This document shows, piece by piece, positions 1 to 14,014 of a stretch of 64,000 bases of DNA (the stretch's first letter is position 1; every line of letters starts with the position of its first letter). Below the pieces are notes generated by a model. It was given only the letters and a program-made list of their open reading frames with translations. It was not told the origin of the DNA and did no database searches. Location: positions 24,616,001 through 24,680,000 of the forward strand of contig CM059432.1 in assembly GCA_030390025.1 (NCBI GenBank), read 5' to 3'. The position numbers and the translations under genes were made by a program. This DNA comes from Squalus acanthias (taxonomy: Eukaryota).

Positions 1-250
1 GACCACGCCACGGCCCGTCACGGAGGTCGGCCAAAAAAATTAAAATGGCGGCGTGGGTCGCGGCCACACCTCCCCTTTAACTACTGCCCCGTGAGTGGAG
101 GTCGGCCCGGTTCGTGACCCGCGAGGCTGGCGCTAACACCGCCCATGGCACCATCGCGGGGCTGTACGTGATATGTGCCATTACTTACTCTACGCCATAA
201 TTTCCTCGGACTTTTGGACCGTTCTGCCAGTACCCTCGCCGAGGGTAATA
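1..250. mobile_element. CpG-rich fragment, probably the distal part of a Harbinger-type element cut by the window edge
   Basis: Carries GGCGCTAAC and CCCCTTTAA motifs shared with the Harbinger elements at 24141-27298 and 35195-36087. No TIR pair is visible. Confidence 0.4.
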
Positions 251-2841
251 ATTTAAGGTAATTCTAATAGCTGCATTCCCAATTAAAATTAATAGTGTTT
301 GTGATTTCCATTGATTAACGCCAGTGTTCATGCTGCTGCCAGTTTGCCTGAAAAATAATGGTGCTGGTAACCTGGCAACAGCATAATTTATTGCTCCAAG
401 TTTGGTTGTTAAGACCTTTAAATATGTTTTCCAGTTGGCCTGAGCTTGTTTGCTTAGCTCCTGGTGACTTCAATGGAAATGGAAATGGGGAGAGATGTAA
501 ATCGGGTTGCTGATTCACTGTCACCCGTTTTATACTATCGCACAAAGTCAAAATTTACCCCAAAGTGCGTGATTTATTTCAAAGCATTCATTCGAGACAA
601 GCACTATATAATTCTATGATGAAACCCTTATCAATCTAAGATTTAAATAACCAGGCAATGCAGTTTATCAAGCACTGAAGTGTTTTGCAACTACCACGTC
701 ATTTGATACTTCGCACAAATAATTAGTTTGCAACCAAAGCAATCAGCGATGCATTGAAATTTCATTATCATCCTCAAATGTTCCTTCAAAACTCTCTGAA
801 CAATAAGAGGTATAACATTTCAAACTCAATGGTTAATGCAAGGAGCCTGGGGATCTTTTAACGACAATTAAAATATCTGCAGTAATGAGGCATGAGGGAG
901 TGTTCCCAACCTCGATGGTGCCTAGAAGAGTTAGCTCTACAGCCTGTCCCCAAGCTCTTGGCGATGGGAGGATCCACGGAGGTGGCCAACAAATGGCAGA
1001 TGAGTGCAGATGGAGCTCGACAGCCGAAAGGTTCACCATCTCTGAGGCCTGCAGCTACCCTAATTTTCCTATCCCTGCCATCAGTGCTGGGCCCTGCCAG
1101 GAGTCAAGCATGCACCACAGCATTGAAATGACCTGAGACAGGAAATCCGGGTGATCCTGGGGCTGAATAGGCACAGGCAGCACATGTTGGGTACCCTACT
1201 CCTGTTTAATGCCTGGCCAGAGATGGACCTTATAGTTGCTGTCCATCACACTATACTCTCTGACCACTGTTCTGTCACACTTAGTTATAGTCAAAAACCC
1301 TACATTTCTGCTGATTGGCTCATGTTCAAATATGTCCCAACTCAATTCAAATTTCTTTCACCTCATTAGCACATATGCTGATTTTAGTTCCTGAATTTAA
1401 ATATAGAACAGATATAACAAAGTGCTGCAAGCTATTTCTAAATGCAGAAACATTTTAAGCAATTAGCAAAGTCATGAAAAAGCTGCAAATTCCTTTAACC
1501 ACTCACTGAATAATTTACAGTTTCTTCCTCCTGGACTCCTTCACTTGGGTCTCATCCACTCATCATCTAAAGTCATTGTCTCCTCCATACCTGAGCTTTC
1601 TCGTTCACCCCACTTCCCCTCGATTCTTACAGCTTCCCACCTGATCTCCCACCTGAACCTTTTGCTCTCTCAACCCACACCTGATCTTATTTCTTATTTT
1701 ATTGCTCTATAAAGAGACTTCCTCTGATCTGCAGTCCCCTATGCTCCTTCTAAAAGCCACCTTCGTTCAAAACCTGCACTGCTCGCACTGCTCACTTCCT
1801 CATATACTCATTCTTTCTGCTGAACCTCAAGTTCTACTATCCTCCTACCAGATTGCCCTAAGTGTTCCAGTTGGGCCCTGCTCCTTCTTTGCTCCATCAA
1901 CAAGTCATTCCCACTTAGGCCTTGCTCCATCCCCTCTCCAACCTATGAATATTCCGCACTTTATATTAAGCTCACAGGACGAGTGTTCCAGTCCTAACGC
2001 CCACTTCTGGGCTTCTTAATCAATGCAGCACCACTTCTGCTCCCGGCTACCTTGATCGCTCCATTTAACAATGACTGTGCACCCAGCTTCCTCCAAGTCT
2101 GCTATGATACTACACGCCAGCCTGCCTTGCTCTCCCTCCCAACATTAGACCCAGAATTTGCAGTTCTCTCCCTTCCAACCACTTCTAAGGATTTCACGGG
2201 TCGCTCTCTTCAACAGTAGTCCCAGGCCCTGGACTTTACTGCTTATTCCCAGACCTACACCAACTATTCTGGCTCTGCCTCAGTCAGGATGCTCTGCTCC
2301 CACCAATCCTATCCACTGTCAAAAAAAAAGCACAGAGAAATTCCACTCAAGTCATCATTTACATTTCTGTTGGTTAAATTTGGTACTCAGTATGTGGACT
2401 CTGCTTTAGCAGTAATTGTGCCCTGAGATGGCTTGCCTGTTCCTTTCAATGACCTTACTTCCAAGACCCCACCAAAAGCCCAGGGCTACTTCCTCCAAGA
2501 ATTGCCTTTTCCCATCTGAACAGCCCAGGCCTGCCTGTTCCCCAAAACACCAGGCCTGCTGTAAAAAGGAGGTCACACAAATCCTCCAATCTATCCTCAA
2601 TACAATGTGAATGAGTGCCACAAGGTGGACATGTAGTGACCATTTATTTTGTGTGACTCTCGCCCACAACGGACCAGGGCTTGTACTGGCAGCATGACAG
2701 GTTCAGCAGACAAAATACATGCTGGTGAGTGAGCAGAGGCAAGAGGACGTCACTGGAGAATACATTTTAATGGGTAAAAGATCATGGGAGGCATGTGCAT
2801 GAATTCCCAATATGTACTCCTGATGGATAAGCCATTGCGCT

Positions 2842-3086
2842 GGGTTGCCAACCCTCCAGGATTGTCCTAGAATCTCCAGAAATTAAAGATTAATCTCCTG
2901 GTCACTGTTGCAAGGAATCAGGGAGAAAATCATATGGGCATTAAAAAAGTGGGTTTGTTTTCATTTTCTTTGAACACTTTAGTTTATTAGTTGTAAAAAT
3001 CTTGGAGATGGGGAAAAAAAGCTGTTTTACTGGGTGGGGCGCCTCGAGGCGGACAGCAATACGTTCAACAAAAGTTGGCATTCCTA
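2842..3086. mobile_element. Short non-autonomous TIR element (GGGTTGCCAAC-type end), superfamily unassigned
   Basis: Begins GGGTTGCCAACC and ends with a degenerate inverse GTTGGCATTCC. The same terminus (GTTGGCAACCC) occurs near 42500. Confidence 0.45.
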
Positions 3087-3139
3087 GCGTTGGGAAGATC
3101 CTTTCAAAAAATTATCCTCTGATGTATATGAAACAACTA

Positions 3140-3272
3140 GACCAGCCATATAAATACAGTGGCTGTAAGAGCAGTTCAGAGGCTGGGTATTCTGTGGCAA
3201 GTGTCTCACCTCCTGACTCCCCAAAGCCTTTCCACCATCTACAAGGCACAAGTCAGGCATGTGATGGAATAC
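3140..3272 (+). mobile_element. LINE RT C-terminal fragment, same family as 17390-18245
   Basis: Colinear with about 17970-18080 (cctgactccccaaagcct...gtgatggaatac). Confidence 0.7.
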
Positions 3273-3855
3273 AGGGCAAGCAACTGCAAAGCTCCCTAAT
3301 CAATTAGATTGAAGGATTGCAAAATTAACCGCGCAAGGACTGAGAAGGAAATGTAAATGCGTGAATTCAATGTCAAAGCAGTTACAGAAAGAAAAATAAA
3401 GAGGGAAAGAAATATTGGATTAAGAGAGAGAGAAAAAAGAGAGACAGGAAAAGTTAAAACTTTTTTTACTTTTTTACGATCTCCAACAACAATTAAAACC
3501 TGACGGAATGAGATTCTGCACTCGTAATGGTTAATTATCCATGCCAGAGAGGTTGTTTGGCAGTATTTAACACTTATCACATCGTTAAAAGGGTACTTAA
3601 ACTGAAATGGAAAGAATTAGCTTTTTGTGGCGAGTTTAGTTTGTACCTACTGTGCAACTACAGCAACTTCACGGCATTCAATGGTGAGCCAGTGTGAGAT
3701 GCCGTTTTTGAGAAGTTAACAGCGGAGCGGCGCAACTCAGCCAGCAACTTTTGGATATTTGAGTTTAACAACGCATTTGCCTCTCGCCTGAAGTTGCTGC
3801 ACCATTTGTGCATAAATAATGATGAGCACCATTTTGTCAACAAATTATGGCTCAT
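3273..3855. mobile_element. Probable MITE remnant
   Basis: AT-rich core and a terminus AAATTATGGCTC resembling the inverse TIRs of other MITEs here. Left TIR not found. Confidence 0.35.
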
Positions 3856-5269
3856 TGTGAACCGGGATGGGGAGAGGAAGGGCTGGATTGGTTCGTAATA
3901 TGAACATGAGAGAAGTTGATTCAACCCTGAATGCTAAAGTTTTTACTATTTACTCATGAGCTACATCGGCTGGTTAAAGACAACTACACCCTTAGCAGCA
4001 GAATAATACATGGTGCACATACATGATACAGCGCTCCTGTTTTTGTAAACCAGCATATCATCTGAGTTGCCATGGGCAATGCCAGGAGAGACGCATCAGT
4101 ATTTATAAAAAAAATATCGTTTGACATATTTTTAACAGAGTGCTACTTTTTTTAACCACGAACAAGAGGTCTGCCAGCTTTCATTGGCTGTGGAGGTTTC
4201 TCTTGATGATGTCATGAGAGCGGCTTATCAATGAGGTGATGCGGGCTGGGGAGATAAATTTACCATTTTTTTGGAGCGGGGAAAATCAACCAATATTTTC
4301 ATAAGTCTGAGATAGATCTCCCAGTTCCTGCACCTAGATTTACTCGATTACGTGGGTGCCGTGAATACGGGAAAATTGGGTGGGGAGGAGCGCTCATGTG
4401 ATGTGCCATCATTTTACATTAACGGACAGAAAATCCGCAGGCTTCTTCACAGCTGTGCACTCTTCCCCACCGAGTTTCCTGTGATCACTGCAGTACACCC
4501 AGGAAGAACCGGAAAAAACTGCCCGAAGAATTTTGACCAGAAAGTCTTCCCCTAGACATTCCTTCCCCCCTTTCAGCTATTTAATTTCCTCTCTGTGCTA
4601 TCTTTGCCACAATGGTTCAATGAGTGCTCTATTTCAATTAAACCCCCTAAGTGACTGCTGTCCACCGAATCTCGGATGGATAAACAGGAAAGGTTGTGGC
4701 AATCTTCAAATGGAGGATCACCCTGGACAAACAGAACTGGCAACGGTGAGAAAAAGACAAAGATATGGGAGAAAAAAACCACTCATTTAAATGAGTTGGG
4801 TCAGTCTCAATCCTTTTTCCAGAAAGCGTGGAATTATATTGTAAACCATGAAATTACAGCTCAAGTAACCCGAATTTCAGCACTAACTGTTACCATATGA
4901 CTCACTCGCTTGCGGAAATGAGCTGGTCATGTTGCTACATTGCAGAAAGAGCTGTCAATTTTACCTCTATCTCTTTGGCCAATTATACTCGGCAATTTGT
5001 GTCAATGCAAAGTGGGTTTGCTTTTGCATCAATGCAAGCTGTAAGGTAAGACACAGCTGTGGAGTTACACCCAGCACACTTAGATGCCAGAGAGGTAAAT
5101 TCCCCAAACTAGGGTGGGGGGAGTGGGGGGGGGGGGTGAAGGGGTGGTGATGGGGGCGGTGGTCTCCTGCTGATTCACCGTAACTTAGGTGGAAGGGCTG
5201 CAGAAAGACCAGGAAAAGAGCGTTTATGTCGTCTTTACGGGGTTTCCGCATCTTGAAAAAAATGTTGTG

Positions 5270-5610
5270 TCTTCATAGAGAGCTTTATCGCATCTCTCAG
5301 AAACATCTTAAACACTTCACATTCAATGAATCGCTTTGATATTTTGTGACTGTTCTAATGTAGATGAATGTGGCAGCCATTTTGCACATGGCAAGCTTCC
5401 ACAAACAGCAATAAGAATGTTGGCCACAATATCGAGAACTTCCTCCTCTTCACTTGGTGCCATGAGATCTTTAATGTCACCTGAATGACCAAAACAGGTC
5501 TTAATGTCTCATCCAAAGCACCAATGACTGTCCTGGAATGTCAGTCTACTTTATTCTCCCAAAGTCTTGATTGGGCCGTGAAACCACAACTTTCTGACTT
5601 GGAGATAAAA
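5270..5610 (-). mobile_element. Degenerate Deu-domain SINE
   Basis: Reverse-complement similarity to 11274-11920 (cttccacaaacagcaat; gccatgagatcttta). Confidence 0.6.
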
Positions 5611-6759
5611 GGCCAATTAGAGGGGGAAAAAAATCAGGAAAATTCCTCTCTGACCCCCTTAGGTGATTGAAAACTAGTCCAGGAGCCCACTGATTTACGT
5701 TATCAGGTACCTACCTCTTGTACGAGGAGTTCTCCGCCCCTGTTAGGAAATGGGACCAGCTCTCGCTTGAAGGAATTCAACGGATCACTGTTCACCGCAA
5801 GAGCTGGAAACCTATTCCACAAGTCGACTATTTGAGGAGCTCTATCATGGGTCACTTCTATCAGGAGAGGCAAAGGGAGGAGAGGAGATAATTGAAACAT
5901 ATATATATTTTCTGCTTTGTGAAATTTGTTTTGTTTCCTTATTTATTTTCTATTGAAAACCTTTTACACTGCCAGTTTCAGATTTCTGCGTTTGTGTATT
6001 GGTAAATCCAGCTCAAAGACTTGCATCATTAACATACAATCTTTTATAGGTTACGACCCCTGCAATCTGATTGTTGTTCTCACGGATGGTTGTACAAGTC
6101 AAGTGAACACTATAGGGTACATGTTATCCATGCATGCTCCTGGTATGGAGTCTCACCCGAGCACATAAAAGAAAATTCTGGGAGCACTTCCCATGATTGT
6201 CCATCTGTGATAATGAATGCCTGGAAAATCATGCCTGAGATTTCCTGATCTGCACTCCCAGTGGAAAAGGCTTCATGCTTGGAGAATATATTCATAACAT
6301 TTAATCCAATGGTACAAAACTACATTTTTTATGACTTGGGCATTCACAGAGCAATATCCACCCACAAGTTTTAAACATGCACACAGGAAGACAAGAAGAA
6401 GCTCTTGCATCTTTCAGATTGAGCTCGCTCCTTTAAAGTTTTAGTCATAAACCATGCAGGTGAATCTTGAGCATTTAATATTCATTATTATCTGAACAAT
6501 GAGATTAGATTTAACTCACTCACAGAGATCTGTTATTATTTGTAATGTATATCTACCAGGCTGAATTTTGATTAGCAGCCTGCTTATCTGACATTGTGGG
6601 TTTTGGATAGGACTCGATGGTGAAAGGTTGGAGCACAGCACAGGCAGTCAGTTCACACAGGCTGCCAGCAAATACTGGTGAGATGAAAGGAAAAAAAATG
6701 GAGGAAATAAAAAATGGAAAATGTTGCCAAAGCACAAGAGGTCAGTCAGTATTTGAAAG

Positions 6760-6845
6760 GAAAAACAGAGTTTACCATTTCTGCCGATGAGAAATCCCAC
6801 CTGAAATGTTAATCTGTCAGATGTTGCCTGTTTAGCATTTCCCAT
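6760..6845. mobile_element. Degenerate Penelope-like terminal repeat fragment
   Basis: ccGATGA...cacctGAAAtgttaatc resembles the hammerhead-bearing terminus at 31839-31875. Confidence 0.4.
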
Positions 6846-7269
6846 TTTAGCTCCTATGGATGCCAGTTTTTATGCTCAGCTATTTGTTGTACTAACAACC
6901 CAGCTCAGCGAGGATTTAAGAAACAGGAAGCCAAGCCAATTTAACAGCACAATAGTTTTATCAACAAAGTAAAGGCTGTAATTAAGCTTTTGTAAGACCT
7001 CAGTTGGCAGAAATGTTACTCACTGCCTTGAATTTAAGTTGTATTCATTTCCGTAGCAGTATTTCGGAGGTGGTTACTTGCTATATATATGACAGCCGGC
7101 ATCACAATCTAATAATTGACACCAGTACCTACTTTTAGAGAAGTGCGATTACTGACAATCTGAAAATAGAAACTGAAATGCATAGCAAACAATTAACAGC
7201 TGAAAAAGAAAGATGTGATAGGGTTCTGGTAGGGCCATTGAAAGAAACCTCGAAGTCTTAGTAGATTCA

Positions 7270-8110
7270 ACCTGAACGTGTCCAACCCATGTAGAGCAGC
7301 AATTAACAAAGGCAATAAAATGTTAAACTATGTCGTCAAAACAGTAGAATACAAGTCATAGGAAGTCATAATCAAACTTCACAGTGCTCCAGTCAGACCA
7401 CACCTTGAGTATTGTGTCCAGTTCGGATCGCTGAGACACGGGGAAGACATTCAAGCACAGCGTAGGGAAAAGCCCTGAGGAGCATAGGAGCATTAGAAAC
7501 AGGAGTAGGCCATTCAGCCCCCTCAGGCCTGCTCCGCCATTCAATTAGATCATTGCTGATCTGCACCTCAACTCCATTTTTCTGCCTTTGCTCCATACCC
7601 CTTACCTAACAAAAATCTATTGATCTCAGTCTTGAAAGCATCCTATCATCCACTGCCTTTCAGGGGAGAAAGTTCCAAATGTCTACTACCCTTTGTGTGA
7701 AAAAGTATTTCCTAATTTTGCTCATGAATGGCCTAGCTCTAATTTTAAGAGTATGAGGCTGATTACTAGAGTGAATGAGAAACTTGAGCTTTTATGGCCT
7801 TAAAAGGAGACACCTGAGAGGTGATTTTATTGATCTATACAAGATAGTGAAAGTAATGGGAAAGGTAAATCCAGAATATTACTTTAAATTAAATTGCAAG
7901 TATAGGACAAGGGGACACTAGTTCAAACTAGTAAAAGGCAAATTTAGGAACGATATCAGGAAGTTCTTCATGCAAACAGTGATCAATACATAAAATGGAC
8001 TCCTGGATATAGTGGAGGTGAAAAACCTGGAATCATTTAAGAAACAATTGGATGTTGCAAATGGGGAATTTTGGGTCTTTCTGGACAGATGGGCTGAAAG
8101 TCCTTCCTCT
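7270..8110. mobile_element. Nested CR1 LINE fragments (old + strand copy interrupted by a - strand 3' end at about 7480-7755)
   Basis: RPHLEYCVQF-like RT tail on +. CR1 3' UTR (ggagtaggccattcagccc...gcctgctccgccattcaat) on -. Confidence 0.8.
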
Positions 8111-8171
8111 TATAATTATATCAATGTGACTAGCTCGGGATCGGGATCTGATGATGTCATTGAGCCCCACC

Positions 8172-8628
8172 TGCAATTTTAACTCTAGCCTGAGTTGGGA
8201 AGCCACTCCAGCTTTCCCACCAGGTGAAGACTGTGAAAAGGGAACTTGGGACCATAAGAGGCATTTAAGGTAAGCTTTTTCACTTTCCCTGTGGGGCCAG
8301 CAGGAGCAGGTGTGTTCTTCCTCCCCTCCCACAAGACCCTCCCAAAATTGCCCCCTCGTGACTTACCTTATTGCCGGCGAGCCTTTCATTGGTGCTTCCC
8401 AGCAGCCTCCTGCTCTGCAAACTTACACTCCCACCTGCCGGCCAGTGCCATTTCCAGGCAGTGAGCTGACTGGTGGCATGCAGACGAGGCCCGGGCATTA
8501 AAAGCACCCAGTCCTCATGCTGCCAACCTCATACACATTTGGCACTCGGTCCACCCCCTCACCCCCCCCCCCTCCCCCCCCCACCCCCCCACCGTCTGGC
8601 CGAATCCCGCTCCGAGTTAAAATTTGTG
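8172..8628. mobile_element. MITE-like element
   Basis: Inverted termini ATTTTAACTC ... GAGTTAAAAT and internal opposed splice-donor motifs. TSD not resolved. Confidence 0.5.
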
Positions 8629-8909
8629 CTATTGTCTCATATAACACATAAGGAATGATTTGGTTCCACATAGCTACGGGTACCATTTATCCTTTCATCT
8701 CTGGCATCTGGGCTTAAATCTCCTACAAAGTAATGGGTCTGATAGCTAAAATGGTTCAAGTGAATGGGTTTGGCCAGTTTCAATCCTGCTCATAGAGAGC
8801 ATGACTACAGAGCGTAAACTATCCAACATCAACTAGCATTAAATTTAATCAGCGAGGCCACAAGAATGACTGGTATGTGAAATGACTGGGTGACAGTACA
8901 GGGCATCTT

Positions 8910-9200
8910 CTAAAGTTTCTAATTCTGGCCTTTTGAACTTCCCCGAATTTAATCGCTCCACCAGTGGTGGCCGTGCCTTCAGCTGCCAAGGCTCTAAGCT
9001 CTGGAGTTCCCTCCCTAATCCTCTCCGCCTCTCTACCTCTCTTTCCTCCTTTAAGACACTTCTTAAAACCTACCTCTTTAACCAAGCTTTTGGTCATCTG
9101 CCCTAATATCTTCTTATGTGGCTCGGTGTCAAATTTAGTTTTATAACGCTCCTGTGAAGCGCCTTGGGATGTTTTACTATGTTGTTGTTGTTGTTGTTGC
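8910..9200 (+). mobile_element. L2 LINE 3' end with (GTT)n tail
   Basis: GRAFS..P.LW.SLP-type C-terminus, then tgtgaagcgccttgggatg and a GTT microsatellite. Confidence 0.75.
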
Positions 9201-10049
9201 TTGTCATCAAGACATATTTTGGGGTAAAGTTGAGGTTAGCTTTGCTGCTCATCTAACCTATACCATAACGGAGCAAGGAGTGCTTGATACAGATACTGGG
9301 TGACAAATCCTTTCAGCAGCATTAACATCTCTCACTTTGATAAGAATTCAATTCAGCAAGAATGAATGATGAATAAAAAAGCAAAATATCAAAGCCAAGG
9401 TGTATCTCTCTGATAATCGTATTTTGTTATCTCTGGCTAGAGTCCAAACATCAGCCTTTTAACTTCCAAGACCTAGTGAATCCCAAATAGAGTTATGTCA
9501 AAAAAGCATTATCTTCTGTGCCATTGCTCACGGTGCATTGTTCTGCAGCTAAGATGCAGCTGTGTGTGATCTGCTGTGTCCCATTAAAGCAATAAGATCT
9601 AAATGATGTGTCTTCTGATGGTGAATTAGAGGTCAGAATAAACCAGCAGGAAATAACTGTCTTTCTTTCTCTCGTTTAATACTTTCTTTAAAAGTGTGAT
9701 ACAGAAATTTGCATATGTGAAGTGTGTTGGATATGTTTCAACACTTTTATATAGTTAAATGAATGGTGGATGGTTGATTAGTTAGATAAATAGATGGATC
9801 AATAGATGGATAGATTGATAGATGGATAACAAAACAAACAAATAATAGGGGAGATTTTCAATTGCTAATTGACCCATTCACATTGTAAAATGGGTAGGTA
9901 GGCGAACAATTTTAAAAAGAAAATCCTAGCACCCACTGGCCCTCGAACGCCCACCTGAATGGACTTTCGAGTGGGCCTTGAAATGGGTGGTCAGTGCAGG
10001 TTGTAGGGCCCTGACGCAATATTGAGGTACCAATGGGCAGAGCATATCT

Positions 10050-10420
10050 CGCCTTAATATCTCATCATGAGGACACAACACATTCAAGCACAAGAGGCAA
10101 TGCAGAAAGAGCCACAAGGCTGATCCCCAGTGTCAAAGGTCTGAGTAATGAGAAAAGACTGGAGAAATTAAATTGCAAGAGTAGAATGAAGGGACATAGG
10201 TTCAAAATAATAAACGGTAAATTTCGGGCTGATGGTCGAGAAGTTCTTCACCTAGAGAGTGATCAAGGTATGGAATACACTCCCAGGAAGAGTAACAGAG
10301 GCAAAATCCATGGAATTTTTTTAAGAAACAATTGGATGCTGAAGCAGGAGTAAGGTAAGATGTCACTGGATGAAAAAATTAAGATGAGGTGAATGGCCTT
10401 CCTCATTCATAAATATCTTG
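10050..10420 (+). mobile_element. Degenerate CR1 3' fragment
   Basis: RATRLIPSVKGLSNEKRLEKL...GHRFKI in ORF 10033-10353. Confidence 0.75.
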
Positions 10421-11273
10421 TGATCTCAGCTGAGGAAGTATCAGAGATCACAATTGCCTTCACTGCTCCTAGAGTGGAGAGGCGGGGGGGGGGGTGGGGG
10501 TGGGGGGGTGGGGGCGGGGGGAAATTGATCATAATTCCTGTTCCTGATTGTGACTTGATGATGTCCAACTGCTGGAAAATGCACGTATTTGAATGTCAGT
10601 TGAGGACAGGATCATGCTTGACTGTAATGCCCTCCATGGTAGAATTGCCTGATGACGTAGAATGGCTACTTGAGCGAGGTACCTCATGACTCAATACCTC
10701 CACGATAGCAGAAAATTTAGAAGAGGGAGTGAATAAAGCAAATGGTCAGAATAGGTATATAGGTACAAATATCTAATGATATAAGAGTTAAATTATCCTT
10801 TTTCCCATCTTCCTGTACCATTATGGTAGATTTCCCGACATTTTGGAGTCTGTAACTAGCACATTTGTGCAAAACTCTCTTGCAGAAAGGCTTTTGAATT
10901 TTCATGTGGGTGAGTGCACTGTTGGTAGTACCTAAAAAATGTACATTTCCTTTGAGGATTCTTTATTCTGGCTCTACAAAGAGGAATTCATCTGTTCTTA
11001 TCAGATGGAGACACAATAGCAAGTCAGCGTTCTGAATTCATTAGCAGTAATGTGAGAAGTTGATCTATATGAAAATGAAAAATATACAGGGGGCAGTACC
11101 TGGAAGATGGTGTAATTTGCCCGTTATTGTTTTCTTGTTTCTTGAGAAAGTTTTCTTAAGACTGAAATTCAGGTCACTGGTGCAAGATTTATCTTTTTCT
11201 TTATGAATTGAAGAAAAACTGAAGGCTGCAATTGACATTATTCCCTCCCTTGATAACAGAGCAATCAACATTA

Positions 11274-11920
11274 GTGACAGCCTTGGCTCAGTGGTAGCAC
11301 TCTCGCCTCTGCTTCAGAAGGTTCTGAGTTTAAGCCCCACGCCAGAGACTTCAGCAAATAATCTAGACTGACACTCTGTGCAATACTGAGGGAGTGCTGC
11401 GCTGTTGGAGGTGCCGTCTTTTAGATGAGATATTAAACCGAGGACCCGTCTGCCCTCTCAGGCGGACGATAAAGATCCCATGGCATTATTTGAAGAAGAG
11501 CAGAAGAGTTCTCCTGGTGTCCTGGCTGAGAGAGATAGATTTTTGGACTCATGGGGAATCAAGGGATATGGAAGATCGGGTGGGAAAGTGGAGTTGAGGT
11601 CGAAGATCAGCCATGATCTTATTGAATGGTGGAGCAGGCTCGAGGGGCCGTATGGCCTACTCCTGCTCCTAATTCATATGTTCTTAAGTTCTCTTATGTT
11701 CTTATGTCCTGTCCAACATTTATCTCTCAACCATCACCTAAAATAGATGGTGTGGTCACTTACTTCATTGCTGTTTGTGGAATCTTGCTGTGCGCAAATT
11801 AAATGCTGTGTTTCCTACATTACAACAGTGACTACACTTCAAAAGTACTTCATTGGCTGTAAAGCACTTTGGGACATCTTGAGGTTGTGAAAGGCGCTAC
11901 ATGAATGCAAGTCTTTCTTT
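11274..11920 (+). mobile_element. tRNA-derived Deu-domain SINE (SacSINE1/AmnSINE1-like), interrupted by a CR1 3' end at about 11527-11705
   Basis: A-box TGGCTCAGTGG and B-box-like head, Deu-type core, L2-type tail (gtgaaaggcgcta...tgcaagtctttcttt). The CR1 insert is flanked by TGTCCTG repeats. Confidence 0.8.
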
Positions 11921-12120
11921 AGGCAAATTCTTGTTTTGTTTAATTTGTTCTCAGGATGTGGGCGATGCTGGAAAAGCTAAATTTGTTGCCCATCCTCAGT
12001 TGTCTTGAGAAGGTGGTGGTGGTGGGCCTTCTCCTTGAACCACTGCAGTTCTTGTGATGATGGTGCTCCCACAATGGTGTTAGGTATAGTAACCCAGCAA
12101 TGATGAAGAAATGACAAATA

Positions 12121-12787
12121 AGCCTAGAGTTTCCGTTAGTTTGCGCTAGTTTTATCAGCGCAATCTGGGTGAAATTGGCCGAGCCAGCACAAAAGATAGC
12201 AGAAACTCAAGCATAAGTCCAGCATAAATTGAGTTTCCGCGATCTTTAATGCTGGTTTAAAAATCATTTCGCCCGAAGTTGACAAATGTGGCGATGTCCC
12301 CAGATCTAAATAATGAGGATGGCGAATTTCTGCTGATTGCACCTGTTTGAGGCAGTTCAAGGGGGGTCTTCAAATTGACCTTGTTTTCTTAGGCGCAAAG
12401 GAGGCACATTTTAAAAGTTTTTCAAAATAAAAAAATTACTAAGAAACTGACTAGTCTGCACCAATGAAACTAGCAAATGGTTCCATATAGTTTTTTAATG
12501 TAATTTTCAGTGATTTAAAATCAGGTTATTCACAGGTGGAGGACTGGACACTCTTGTTAAAAATGTTTACTTTTTGTGATAAACCCATTTTCAGCTACAC
12601 CAGGCTACCACTCTTAAATACATCAATCAATATTTTTTAATGCGAAGAAAAAATTAAGAAACAGTTACTTTCTATTACGCTGCCCGATTACACTGGTTCA
12701 TGGAAGATTATGCAAATGAATTTTAGCGGAAACTTGAACTGTAACCTAATCAGCGCAATTTGCGCTCAAAGCAGAAACTCTACCCCT
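12121..12787. mobile_element. Harbinger-type MITE inserted in a LINE 3' end (about 11935-12930, - strand)
   Basis: TIR core TAGAGTTTC / GAAACTCTA, TSD ATA at 12118-12120 and 12788-12790. The flanks rejoin as one repeat. Confidence 0.75.
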
Positions 12788-14014
12788 ATATGTCCAAGTC
12801 AGTTGGCGTGTGACTTGGATGAGAACTTGGAGGTGATGGTGTCCCTGTGACTTTGCTGCTTTGAACTTTTCGGTGGTAGAGGCCACAGAGCAGGGAAGTG
12901 CTGTTGAAGTAACCTTGGTGAGTTATCTTTGGAGCTTCATGTCCCATGCACGCCCCCTTTCTAAGAAACAGTATATTTGCAGAGAACACGAGGACATTAT
13001 TTGTATGGTTAATACAATGTAATGCTTAAGACCTGTCATCTGCCCCCAACCCTTTGACCAAAAAAGACTTTCCCCAAAACACTGCAAAGGCTCTTCTCAT
13101 GTACTCTCAACTAAGGGTGTTATTGCGCAAAAGTTATGTTTTATTTCTTAGTTATAAGCACAAGGTCATCCTGCTGATCTAGTTAATTTTAATTTAGTTA
13201 TTTTCCAGTGCTGAAATATTAATTCATTTTATAGGGGCGTTGGTTTCATAATTTAATAGGTCGATTTCTTTAAACAGGATAGAAAATAAACTTGGTCGTT
13301 ACTGCATATAGTGAAAATGACCCATATGCAACATCTTCCTCACAAATGGATGCATTCATAAGAACATAAGAAATAGCAACAGGAGTAGGCCATTCGGCTC
13401 TTCGAGCCTGCTCCGCCATTCAATGAGATCATGGCTGATCTTCTGCCTCAACTCCATTCACCAGCCCTATCGCCATATCCCTTGATGCCCTTACTAGTCA
13501 GAAATCTATCGACTTCTGTTTTGAATATACCACATAATGCCTCCACAGCCCTCTGGGGTAGAGAATTCCAAAGATTCACCACCCTCTGTGTGAAGAAATT
13601 TCTTCTCATCTCAGTCCTGAATGGCCTACCCTTTATCCTGAGGCTGTGGCCCCTGGTTCTAGACTCCCCAGCCAAAGGAAACATTCTCCCAGCATCCACC
13701 CTATCAAGCCCTGTAATAATTTTGTATGCTTCAATGAGATCCCCTCTCATTCTTCTGAATTCAAGAGAATACAGGCCTAGTTTACTCAATCTCTTCTCAT
13801 ACGACAGTCCCTCCATCCCAGGAATCAATCTCGTGAACCTTTGTTGCACTCCCTCTATGGCAAGTATATCCTTCCTTTGTTAAGGAGACCAAAATTGTAC
13901 ACAGTACTCCAGGTGTGGTCTCACCAAGGCCCTATATAATTGGAGTAAGACTTCTTTACTCCTGTACTCAAATCCTCTTGTAATGAAGGCCAGCATACCA
14001 TTTTCCTTCCTAAT

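Noticed and set aside
2410..5050. Possible plus-strand exons (donors near 2724, 4745, 5045)
   Set aside because: Joined peptides are unrecognisable and acceptors are ambiguous, so not supportable without transcript data.
6050..6141. Exon-like segment encoding LIVVLTDG (VWA-like motif)
   Set aside because: A single short motif, a second frame is equally open, and no partner VWA exons were found.
11280..11350. tRNA-like A and B boxes
   Set aside because: SINE head with no intact cloverleaf.
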